Shown: positions 45,790 to 56,269 of the stretch, one piece after another
Layout of the letters: each line of letters starts with the position of its first letter
Position numbering within the stretch: position 1 is the first letter of the stretch
From: Naegleria gruberi
Taxonomy: Eukaryota
Assembly (NCBI GenBank): GCA_000004985.1
Contig: GG738867.1
Length of the DNA stretch: 64,000 nucleotides
Strand: one strand, 5' to 3'
Position numbers and translations under genes: made by a program
The notes under the pieces: generated by a model
Seen by the model: the letters and a program-made list of their open reading frames with translations, nothing else
What the model was told of the DNA's origin: nothing
The model's database searches: none

Positions 45790-48145
45790 ATGGTATCTAG
45801 TTTGATCGACCAAGAAGTAACACAGAGCAAATGGAAAATAAATTCAAAAAAACAAACACAACTGATCTGTCAAATGTTATTGTTGACTGATCTTTTACCC
45901 TTTGATTTGACAACCAGATGGAAAACACATGAAATTTTCGCAGCTGAGTTAGTTGGTGCTGATGATAACAGTTCACCACTATTTTCTTCTCAATTTCACT
46001 CACTCACCAACAATAATTCACCTTCATTCAATAATAACTCATCAATGAAACACAAATTTCATTGCCATGATGATGCAACGACAAACAGTGCAAGTACTGT
46101 ACGAAAGAATCACACCACCTGTATTATAATATCCCTCATATTTGTTATATATCTTCTCAATAATATTCAATTTGTTGTTTCTACTGCACAATCAAGAACA
46201 ACAATAATCGGAAATGAGAATCAGGACATGTTTTGGAAATTCAACATTTCTCAAACTGAGGACTATTCATTTGTTGATCTGTTAGATATTAACGTGAATA
46301 GAATGCAAACGAGGGATTTTCTAACTTCATATCTGTATCCAGTTCATCAGCCCTATATGCCACATCCAATTAGTTTTGATGCAAAGTTAGTTGATTTATG
46401 TGATGATTCACACGTTGAAACTGATAACTCTAACAAACCACTCAATGTTTCATTCTCAAATTTGGATTGTATTGAATTCTTTTGTGGAGAAAATTCATCC
46501 AATTTTTCACTTGCCACTAAATTAGAGAGATTTACCTTTTCACGAATGATTAATCATTGTTTATTTTGCATGAGTGAGAAGGCCCAACGTTTTAGAGAGT
46601 TCATTACAAATGAGAATCGAACAATTTGGAATGAAAATGATATTGTGGAGTGGAGGCAAACAATTCAATCAGAGAATTGCCCTCAATTTCCTGAATATTA
46701 TTCAATCAAATCAAGACTAGTTCGACATTGCAATTCACAATATTCAATTTCGAATAATTTTACTGATTCACTAGCAGTGGGAATAATTAATGAGTATTAT
46801 TTTGAGTATTCTTCCTATTATGGACAGAGAATTAAGGATAAAATTACAAAATTGAATAGAAAATTAACTGCATTTGAAGTTTTAAATGTTACAACACTCA
46901 AAGAACAAGAAATTCTGTACAATCCAATTATATGCTATTGCTATCATGGAAATTATTATGGATTTCAATGTGATGCCTATTCTGTTTTCTTTTCTCCATT
47001 GGTTAATAATTGGTTTCCTCTGTTTTTAGCAATAATCTATGGGATTTTAACCCCAATTATTATGATTACAACATGTATACCTCAAATTAACAACAAAATT
47101 AAGGTTATCAAGAAGAAGATTTTGACAATTGAAGGAAAATGGAAGAGAGCTAGGTCAATTTTTGCTGGAGTATTTAATATCAAGTTACAGGGTGTTTATT
47201 TTCTTGTGGCTGCTTCAATTTTCATTCTTATTGAGAATTTACATGATTTACGTAAGTTTTTAATTGATGAATTTAGAAACTCTAACACTGAAAATAGTTT
47301 CCAATTTTTCATTCTATCGACCATTTCATCAAAATTTCATTAATGGTTTATTCAGAGCCATTTCTGTTGCTTGCCTATGTTGCAGCTTTGTTTCTATGGT
47401 GGTCAATTGGTCTCACGTAGTTACAGCCACAATGGCTCACAAACCAGAAGCTAAATCTCGTCTAGGACTCAAACACAAAATAGTTCTTTCAGTTTTCTAT
47501 GGAATTTTACTTGTTTGCATTTTGGTAATGATTATTGTCTATGCAGCAACACTTGTGAACGTTTATGCTTTCATTGTGTTGGGAATTTCAGGAATTTTGT
47601 ACTCGTTTTTTGTTTTATTTGGATTTTTATTTTATGGATTGAAAATTTTTGTAAGTATTGAAATGAGAATTGTCTATTAATTTCCATAATATTTACAACA
47701 ACAATAATACTAGTATTCCCTTCGTAAAACTCAAAACATTTCCTTCTCCTCTCTAAGAATTACCAAATTCATGCTAGCCATTGATTTTTACTTTGTAATT
47801 GTCATGATTGTCTCAGCATGGGTCGTAATGGGTTATATTACTGGATGGGATAATGTGGGTTTATTCCTTGGAGAGTACAGAAATGTGGAATTGGATTTAG
47901 TATTCCTAATCTTAATATCCTTACTGAACTATATGTTATATCATTCTGAACAATTTTCTGAAATGTTTGGAGGAAAAACCTTAGGTGAGTGGATGAAAAA
48001 GTTGTGCTGTCTGATTTGTGAATTGGGGGATGATAAATGGGAAACCAATAAGAAGGGAACGACGACGAATCCTACTAAGAGTACAAGTACTGCCACTACT
48101 ACTGTTGCTGCTGCTTCTGCTGTGGATTCTCAATCAAATGTTTAA
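45790..48145 (+). CDS. 7-TM receptor-like membrane protein with Cys-rich N-terminal ectodomain (possibly frizzled/smoothened-like), at least 3 exons
   Basis: Exons are about 45790-47252 (donor gtaagttttt), about 47290-47650 and 47771-48145. A signal-anchor is followed by about 12 ectodomain Cys (DLCDD...LDCIEFFCGEN...NHCLFCMSE...ENCPQF...ICYCYHGNYYGFQCD). Seven hydrophobic helices follow and the C-terminus is T-rich and cytoplasmic. Confidence 0.5.
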
Positions 48146-48268
48146 ACTAGATACCAATTTAACTTGTTGTTTACAATAAAATATTTACAAAACTTGATCA
48201 TCATCATTTAATGTATTTAATTTATTATTTTGTTAAATATTTTTTAAATAATAAAATTATAAAAAAAA

Positions 48269-50065
48269 ATGAATATTCCGCCCCCAACAACAACTTCATC
48301 AACTCTCGCACCAACAATAACAACAACGGACCAACAACAACTTCCAACATCTCCGCTGATCATTAGAAGATCAACAGCAGTATTTCAAAGAAATTCTACG
48401 GGTACAAAGGTGATGGGTGGAGGAAAACGTTATGCTTGTCCTTGTTTAAATTTAAGTATTAATTTATCATCATCAAGGGATATGAAATATGAAGAGTGGT
48501 GTACATGTGATGGTGAAGGCTTGTTTTCAAAAACACAACTTGATGAATTTAAAATTAAATTCTCTCATGTTGATTGTAAAAAATTAAGTTTAACGAGAGG
48601 AACGTCTATTGCTGGTATTCAATCATCTTTGGATATATTTATGGAAAATAATGCTCTAGATGAATCGGAATCTATTGTAAAAGCATTTAAATGTTTAAAT
48701 TGTGAAACTTTCTTTGGCTTTTATTTTGAAAAGTTCCAAACATTCCTTGTAAATACTACTCAACTATTGGTAGGTGTTTTAATGGAAGATCTTTTTTTAT
48801 TTATTATTATCATTTGAAAATTATTGAAATAGGATGAAGTTGCTCAAGAAAAACTTAGACAACAAGAAGATTTCTCCAAAATATTTAATATTGTTCCTAA
48901 AACAACTAATATTAACACTAGTGATAATTTATTAAAACATCCACTTCTTGTACAATATCAAAAAGACATGCAAAAGAAATTAAATGATGAAAGAATTAGT
49001 ATGGAGATGAGAATTAAAGAATTTATGAAAAATGAAAAGATTCAATATCAAAAATTGCTTTTAAAAACACAAACGGAAAAGGATACAATCTTTAGGAAAG
49101 CAAAGACAATCTTGGCTGAATCAAGTGAAACTCAATCTTTTGATGTAACAAATACAGTAACAGCAGAGAATGATACTGAACTGAGTGAATCTTCTAGAGG
49201 AAGAATGAGTTCAGCAGTATCACAAGATGGCTTGAGTGATTTGATAGATGAGAGAGTTAGTCGCTCTCTTTCACCATCTGCAGTTGATGAAAAGATTAAA
49301 AAGGCAATGAGTACAAATACCTTTTTTAAACCAAATCCAACCTTAATGAATCCAAAGGAGAAGATTAGATTAGAGGTTAAACCAAGTGCCAACAAATTCA
49401 AGGCAACTAACCTAGATGTTGATGAAGATTTATTAACACAAAAGAGTTTCCATTACAAAAAGATGACAACTCAATTGATGAGCAGAACATACACTCCATC
49501 TGCATTCTTCTCTTTTGATGAAGAAGGTGCCGAGTCACAGGAACCTACAAAGGAAGAGGAAGAAGAGGAAGACGAAGTTGAAGAAGAAGAACAATCAATG
49601 GCTGAACAAACATCTCCTCAACCTCAAACAAGATCAAGAAGAAGACTCGAATTTTCAAAACCACCACCAGTTGTTGTTAAACCAGCTTTTTATGGTTCCT
49701 CTGTTCCAATTAGTATTACAATGAGACCACAAGCTCAGCAGCAAACTGCCAATGAGAAATTACCACTCTACTATGAAGAATCAAACGAAACCAAACCAGA
49801 AACGCCAGAACAAAGAAAGCAGAGAACCAAATCCTTCAAAACAAAACCTCGTTTGGATGATGATCCATTCACTGAAGTTCCTCAATCCTACATTGAAAGA
49901 TATATGACTTTCAGAGAGGAATACATGAAAAATATTGATACACTTCCAGAAAAAGCAAGCCCAGCCGAGGAACCAACAGAAGAGGAACTCAAAGACTCAA
50001 CGACTGAAAAACAAACAGAGGAAACTTTTGATTTTGATGATGAGGAAGAAGGCATGTCATTGTAA
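48269..50065 (+). CDS. hypothetical protein with Cys-containing N-terminal domain and long acidic/Ser-rich C-terminus, 2 exons
   Basis: Exon 1 is 48269 to about 48769 (donor TTG|gtaggtg). Exon 2 is about 48833-50065. N-terminal domain motifs are KRYACPCLNLS, WCTCDGEG and FKCLNCETFFGFYFEKF. The C-terminus carries the EEEEEEDEVEEEE block. Confidence 0.5.
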
Positions 50066-50097
50066 AGTTTAATATTATTCTAGTAATAATATTAAGA

Positions 50098-51242
50098 TTA
50101 GCTGTCAATCTTTATTAAATTATTGTACAAAAATTCATTATAAGAGCTGTGCTGCTCAGAATTAATAATATGGCCATTCGATTCTGTTTCATAATATTTG
50201 GTAATAATTTCTCTGTTTGGTTTTGAAAGTAAATTAAATAAGTGTTTGGTATTGCCTGTGTGAACCATTCTATCATAGGCACTATTAATGAGAAGGATCT
50301 TTCCAATATTTTCATAGGCAGCAGTGAAATCATTCTCTGAAATGTAATGTGTCATTATTCCTAAAGTTTGTTTGATTTGCCCAACAGTTCGTACATCAGC
50401 AAACAGATGGGAATATCTTTTGTACAGGTCATCATAATTTGCATTAATAAAATCTGCACTAAACATTTGTTCCAAAACTAATCTCATTCTAATCTCCAAA
50501 GAAATCAATCCAACAGTTACTTGTTTCAATAAGAAAATAGTTGTATCAAGCATTGGTGCAGCATGTGTTGAAAATACAGTTCTAAAGGTATTCTGTAAAG
50601 TAATCGATTTGAAATTACTCTTCTTTGGATACAACTCCTTTTCCAACCTAGCAAGTTCAGTAGCTACTAAGCCACCCATCGATTGAGCAATAACATTTAA
50701 ATGGAAATTCTCATTTCCCAACCATTTCAATTCTCTTAAAATTGTCAACACATCCAATGCCATATCACTCATTGAATATCTCCAAGTAAATGGGAAATCA
50801 CTCGATTTACCAGAACCTCTATTATCAATTACAAGTACTTCAGTTGTATTTACATGATTTTCATAAAAGTATTCAACATTTCTATCCCACCAATGCCATC
50901 CAGTTCCTATTATTATTATTATTACATTTTGTAATTTAAAATTATGAATAATTTAATCAAGTAATTTAAAAACAAAATACATTCCGATATTAAACATACC
51001 CAATCCAACAATAAATATCTGATGAAGAGAATTATTGCTTCACACCATCATTAATAACTTACTAATTTATGTTTTGCATTTGGATTTCCAAATCTTTCAT
51101 AATGAATTTTAGTGTAATTCCGATAATTAGTTTCTTCTTGTTTGGTGGTAATATTGAATACATCAATAATACTCAGTGGATAAATATAAAAGAGAGTGAA
51201 TAACATTCCCAAGAGAATGGCAATGAATACAAGTAGCTTCAT
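50098..51242 (-). CDS. secreted/membrane-anchored alpha/beta-hydrolase (lipase/esterase-like), 2 exons
   Basis: Exon 1 is 51054-51242, giving a signal peptide MKLLVFIAILLGMLFTLFYIY...AKHKL|gtaagt. Exon 2 starts near 50915 (GTGWHWWDRNVEYFYENHVNTTEVLVIDNRGSGKSS) and runs to 50098. It has the nucleophile elbow HLNVIAQSMGGLVATELA (GxSxG). Confidence 0.65.
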
Positions 51243-51366
51243 TTTTTTTAAATCGTTATTTTAAATCCAATTATATTAATATTCCTGATTTAGAATGTCA
51301 ACTACAAAAATGTAAATTGTTGTAATATTCTTAAAAATTGCTTCTTTATGAGATACAATTTTCAGA

Positions 51367-51863
51367 TTATCCAGCTGCGGTAGTGTATGGTTTTTGACCA
51401 ATGTAATTACCAGCAGTGGCATAATTACACAAAACAAGAATGACTGGTTTACCAGTGACTCCTTTAAAACCTTGAACACTTGAACAGGTGTGTTTAGCAC
51501 ATCCAATTTCGGTAGATTTAGCCCAAATTAATTGAGTGTAGTGTCCACAAACTTTTCCCTATTATTTTCGTCATCAATAATGAGTTTAGAATTAAAGTTA
51601 AATGTTCTATGAATCATGCATCAATGACTTACAGTACCACAAGTATTTGTCTTGAAATTGTAATCAGTATATTCATTGAACCAAGAATTAATTCCTCTAT
51701 CAATTGAGCTTCCAGTTGTGTAACCACTTTCAATGTAAATATTTTCACCAATGGTACTTCCATATTGAGTACTTCTATTGGCATTGTGAGAATAAACACA
51801 TCCCTTCAAATAGTTACCAGTAACCAAGAGGAAGATCACAATTAAAGCAAGTGGTTTGAACAT
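51367..51863 (-). CDS. CAP / SCP / PR-1 family secreted protein, 2 exons, 141 codons
   Basis: Exon 1 is 51633-51863 (signal peptide MFKPLALIVIFLLVTG...NTCGT|gtaagt). Exon 2 is 51367-51558, reading GKVCGHYTQLIWAKSTEIGCAKHTCSS...VLCNYATAGNYIGQKPY. It carries the diagnostic CAP motif GHYTQVVW. Total length is divisible by 3. Confidence 0.8.
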
Positions 51864-51941
51864 TTTTTTTGAGATGATGGATGTCGGTATTTGTTGACAT
51901 GTAATAAATCAAATTATAATCAAATTCAAAGTGAGATTTTC

Positions 51942-52934
51942 TTAATTGTAAACATAAATTGTCTTTGTACCATTGGATGCAATGTAAAGAGTTCCACTGG
52001 TCTCATCAAGAATACATCCTTGAGCACTCTGTGTATTAATTCTTCTAATTTCTCTTCCATCAGGACTAAATAATACAATAAGGGAATGCAAAGCAGCTAT
52101 AATATTGCCATTATTTGGATCAATTGCAATACCGCTGGCATAATATGAGCCTCCCTCATCTGTTCCACAAACAAAATCTCTTTTTTTGAAATCTAAGTTT
52201 TCAAGATTAGGTCTTTTGATAATTTCCAATATACCCTTGTAGAATAATGAATATATCAAATCTCCATTTCTATTCATTCTAATTCCCCAAGCATCTGAAA
52301 TGTAAATTGTAGTGATTAATAGGCCATTATGAGCTGAATATACTATAATTTCCTCATCTTCACATACATAAAGCTTTCTATTCTCAATATTAGATGAATA
52401 ATCAATACACATTCCAAAAGCATTTCTCTCTCTTTCTGAAGTCCAAATAGGTGCTAATGAATTATTGCTATCACTTGATTTCGTTGAGTCAGAACCCAAC
52501 TTTGACAGATCTATCAGACTTTTCAAATCATATTTTACGAGACGATGGTTTTTAGAGAATAAAAGAGCTTCATTCTGATTTCCATCATAATTCATTTCCA
52601 AACACAAGCATAATATCTTGATATTATATTCTAAATAGCCTAAGAATTTTCTAGAATGTAAATCAAAGACTGCCATTGTATCATCTAAAATAGAGTCACT
52701 AGAATGGTTTTTTCCCATGCACGATACAATAATTAGAGAATATTTGTAAGAAATAACAATATCAAGTGGTTCTTCCGAAAGATCTAACTTTGCAACCTGT
52801 GAGAAATTAATGGAGAGGGATTTTTTCCGCTGTTCTCTCATCTTGAATCTAAATCCATCAAACAATGCATAAATATTTTGTTTTTCTTCTCCCATGTTAA
52901 TATGGAAATCGATCAAGATAAGAAGTGTTGACAT
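51942..52934 (-). CDS. hypothetical beta-propeller (NHL/YWTD-like repeat) protein, 330 aa
   Basis: Repeated LYV/IYV...DG..I motifs (KLYVCEDEEIIVYSAHNGLLITTIYIS, GIAIDPNNGNIIAA, GTLYIASNGTKTIYVYN) are typical of NHL-like blades. Confidence 0.5.
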   Translation of the reverse strand: MSTLLILIDFHINMGEEKQNIYALFDGFRFKMREQRKKSLSINFSQVAKLDLSEEPLDIVISYKYSLIIVSCMGKNHSSDSILDDTMAVFDLHSRKFLGYLEYNIKILCLCLEMNYDGNQNEALLFSKNHRLVKYDLKSLIDLSKLGSDSTKSSDSNNSLAPIWTSERERNAFGMCIDYSSNIENRKLYVCEDEEIIVYSAHNGLLITTIYISDAWGIRMNRNGDLIYSLFYKGILEIIKRPNLENLDFKKRDFVCGTDEGGSYYASGIAIDPNNGNIIAALHSLIVLFSPDGREIRRINTQSAQGCILDETSGTLYIASNGTKTIYVYN

Positions 52935-52967
52935 TTTTTTTGTAATGGAAAAAATTCATATGTTTAT

Positions 52968-54173
52968 CTAGCTTCTTTCTCTATTTTGTTTAGAACTAGC
53001 AATATCCTTGTAGGATCCTCTGTAATAATTAGTCCAATCTGGAGAACTTGGAGACTTAGGACTGTTTAACTCTGCCTTAGGTGATTTCTTTTTCTTTTTT
53101 TCATTTGTTGGAAGGGGAGGAGATTTTTGGTATTGATTTAGTGAAACAGATATGTGGTCGGCTGTGAATTGACGTGATGCAGAGGCACTGGATGGTCTTG
53201 GTTTTACTCGTTTATCTGGTATTGAGGAATGATTGTTTTCATTATCGTAATACTCTGAGGAACCATTAATTGACCCAATACCAGACTCAAATCTTTCTTT
53301 GTAAACTCCTGTGAAATTCTGTTTATCATTCAGTCTTTCAAATACGCTTATCTGTTTTTGGGTTTTAGATTTGTTTGAAATTGATGGTGGTTCTGCTTTT
53401 TCAATATTAGTCACAATAGGTTGATTTTGAAAAACTGGGGTTGCAGCTCGTTTTTGAGGTTTTTCAACTCGTTCATATTTTTCTTCCCTAAATATTGGCT
53501 TAACTACTTCATCTTCATTATCTTCCATATCTCGTAAATTTGTTATTAAGGAAGGACTTGGTGATCGATGCTTTATCCTATGTTGGTTGTTATTGATGTT
53601 GTTGTTGTTGTTTAAAAGAAGAGATTTTACAATTTCCCTCGAGTTGAGGGAACTACTAGGTCTTCGGATTGATTGAGAAGGAGGTGATCTGTCATTGTTC
53701 GGATGAGGAAGAGAAGAGAAAAAAGGACTTGCTGAAGGTGAACGGGAAGGTGTATAACATGACATTGGAGAAGATAGAGACATTCTCCTTCTTATTGTAT
53801 CCTCAACTTCTTTGGTTTTTAAGGGAATGGCTGAAGATGATGATGTTGATGTTCCAAATGGATTACTTCTCGTAGCTGGTGTATCATGAACAAAACCCGA
53901 GTTAGTATGTTGACCAGCATCCCATCCCTTTCCTATATGAACACATGTTGAAGAACGAACGCTGGGCCGTAATATTTCCTGAAGATGATTTACATTCCCA
54001 CTTGAGGAATTGGCATTAATGTGTCCATTCTGTGTTCTAAACCTCTCAAAGTAAACTCCAGTATAATTACTAGGATCGTTTAATCTCTCAAATACGCTGG
54101 GCCTTCTACCCTTGTTCATTTTTTTTTGTTCTTGTTTCCCGCCAAATGTAATTACGATTTTTAAATAAATCAT
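52968..54173 (-). CDS. S/P-rich low-complexity protein with an internal duplicated 19-aa motif, 401 aa
   Basis: Two copies of VFERLND(P/K)(S/Q)N(Y/F)TGVY(F/K)ERF sit at the N- and C-terminal ends, separated by a Ser/Pro-rich region. Confidence 0.5.
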   Translation of the reverse strand: MIYLKIVITFGGKQEQKKMNKGRRPSVFERLNDPSNYTGVYFERFRTQNGHINANSSSGNVNHLQEILRPSVRSSTCVHIGKGWDAGQHTNSGFVHDTPATRSNPFGTSTSSSSAIPLKTKEVEDTIRRRMSLSSPMSCYTPSRSPSASPFFSSLPHPNNDRSPPSQSIRRPSSSLNSREIVKSLLLNNNNNINNNQHRIKHRSPSPSLITNLRDMEDNEDEVVKPIFREEKYERVEKPQKRAATPVFQNQPIVTNIEKAEPPSISNKSKTQKQISVFERLNDKQNFTGVYKERFESGIGSINGSSEYYDNENNHSSIPDKRVKPRPSSASASRQFTADHISVSLNQYQKSPPLPTNEKKKKKSPKAELNSPKSPSSPDWTNYYRGSYKDIASSKQNRERS

Positions 54174-54508
54174 AAAACAACGATTATTGCAATTTTAAGG
54201 ATCAAAGTAAATGAGGGATATTTGAATTTGTGTTTTAATGAATTTTACATATCAGGTCAGTGAAACAATTCTTTTCAATGGATTGAAAGAGAATTTGTCT
54301 TTTTTGAAAAAGTTGTTGAGATAATCTCTGAAAGTTTTTGTAATCTTGTGAGAACCAAGTCTTTTGTTCGAATGGAAGAGTTGACTTGAAACGAGAGAAT
54401 TGAGTACATAGTGATTTGACTGATAAATCCTGAGAATCTGTCACAATGAGAATAAACATTTGATGAATCATTGAATAATTTCTATTCTCTATAAATTCCA
54501 AGATGCTC

Positions 54509-54516
54509 ATCATTTC
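54509..54516. repeat. target-site duplication (left copy) ATCATTTC
   Basis: Identical 8-mer immediately outside both TIRs. Confidence 0.75.
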
Positions 54517-55373
54517 TAGACTAACGCTGAAGCAGTGAAAGTTGGCCCAAAAAATTTTTTGTCAAAAAAATGGCCAAGTCAAGAAAAATGGGCAAAAAAA
54601 TGCAAAGTCAGAGATTTCCCTCCTTGCAAAACAGCCCGCCAACACCGTTACGAATAAAATTTGAAATAAATAGAAATTTTTCACCTTTAAATAGTGGTTT
54701 TATTGAAGATTAAAGTAATGTTTCTACCAACAACCGTATCAGAGTACCTCGTAAGCTAGTGGACAAGGATGACAAGCAACCTAGAGTGCTCCAATTCGCA
54801 TAATTCCTCAGTTAACTGGTCAAAGAATAAGGTGTAACTTCTCCAAATTCGTTGGTGGTCAACAGCAAGGATTTGTCTACTTCCATCTATGATATTCTTG
54901 CTGAAGGAAGACAACCCTTAAAACCATTTCACATTCTTCATGTTAACAACACTATGGCTACTTGTTTTCCTGCGGCACTTGGCGATGTTCTTTACAGCAA
55001 TGGAATCCATCATACAACAATTACGAATTAATTAATGGTCCACGAGATGAGTATGAAGTTTTCGAAAAGACTTTCCTTAGAGGAGAGAGGCAGAGAAAGT
55101 ACATAACAAACTACCTCCACTGTGGTAGGAAGGCGAACGAGGTGTATAGGATTGACATCATCACAAGATATTTGTTTTTGACCAATGATATGGAAGATGA
55201 CTTGGTGCCTCTGGTGCTGACTACAGTTCCGATGATGGTGTGAGTAGTGATGATGAGTAATTAATTTTTTTTTATTAAATTTAAACATTAAGCGGGGGCG
55301 CGAGTTTTTGTAACTTTGCCATTTGTTTAAGGGTCGCGAGCGACACTTTTTACCAGGCTTCAGCGTTAGTCTA
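54517..55373. mobile_element. non-autonomous DNA transposon (MITE-like; hAT- or P-like by its 8-bp TSD) with 17-bp perfect TIRs and GC-rich subterminal repeats
   Basis: Left TIR TAGACTAACGCTGAAGC (54517-54533). Right TIR GCTTCAGCGTTAGTCTA (55357-55373) is its exact reverse complement. Flanked by direct repeats ATCATTTC at 54509-54516 and 55374-55381. Subterminal motifs: aaatggccaagtcaagaaaaa near the left end and tttttgtaactttgccattt near the right end, which are inverted copies. The interior is markedly less AT-rich, with CpG-containing tracts gggggcgcgag and ggtcgcgagcg. Only a 93-aa internal ORF, so no transposase. Confidence 0.8.
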
Positions 55374-55381
55374 ATCATTTC
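55374..55381. repeat. target-site duplication (right copy) ATCATTTC
   Basis: Identical 8-mer immediately outside both TIRs. Confidence 0.75.
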
Positions 55382-56269
55382 TCGATAGTGATCTTCTGAT
55401 ATCTTTTTAACTGGAAATTGCATTCCATTTTCATCCAATAAATGTTTGAATAGAGCAAATCTTGAAAGATGAATTAATTCTTCACATTTCTCTTGCAAAG
55501 AATGAATTTTGGATGATTTACAAGTTTCTTTGAGAAACATTTCAATAACAGACTTGCAAACTGAAATTCTGTTCGACTGTTTTGCAACAGAGAGACAGAT
55601 TCTTTTACAATTCATATAAAACCATTTCATTTTCATCAAATACGAATACAATTCCAGGATGGTCATTTCATTACACTGTAAATCATCTAAATCCAAAGTA
55701 AATTGATTAATATTTGGTGTTTTCTCTCCTAATTCCTTCAACAGCGAAATTTCATGTTGACCTCCACTCATTTCGTTTTGTAAAGCTATTTCATTAACTT
55801 GATTCATTGCTCTTGAGAAGACTGCAGACAAGAAGTTCTGCATCTCATTGAACGGTATCTTTGACATTATATTGAATGCAGAAGCATAAAAGAAAACCAT
55901 TGAAAATGATGATGAGGAACGAGAATGAATTTGTTGAGTGTCATCTTGAAGAGAGGAAAGAAAATCTTCTTTCCATTTTACTGAATCTTTCATTTGAATT
56001 AATAGAAGAAGTAAATATCTTTGGACTGAATTAATTTCAATATCTTTGAATGAGTTAATATCTCTTCCGATAGCAGTTGGGTGGTCATTGTCTGATGTTG
56101 AAGGATGGCTGTTGACATCTAGGTCTGTTAAACATAATTCTTCAGCCATTTTTTTAATGAAAACCAAAAAGGCAACCAACTGTAAGATGTATGATAGGAA
56201 GTTTTCAAATATTTTCTCACAGTTACCTTAAGATAAAAGTACTCTTTAGAAATTACATTAAAAAATAAT

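Larger units (their letters stand above)
54235..56179 (-). pseudogene. protein-coding gene (360 codons when restored) interrupted in its coding exon by an 857-bp TIR transposon
   Basis: Minus-strand ORF 56179 to 55374 (MAEELCLTDLDV...KKISEDHYREM) is followed by the insertion. It resumes at 54508 (MSILEFIENRNYSMIHQ...LICKIH*, stop at 54235). Removing 54517-55373 and one copy of the 8-bp duplication joins the frame exactly (CGA GAA ATG ATG AGC ATC). In the assembled state the frame runs into the element and stops at 55028. The six-frame track ORF 55028-56179 is partly transposon-derived. Confidence 0.6.

Noticed and set aside
55028-56179. 383-aa ORF in the six-frame track
   Set aside because: Its last roughly 115 codons are translation of the inserted transposon (TIR, GC-rich subterminus and cargo ORF antisense). 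The true gene continues at 54508 after excision.
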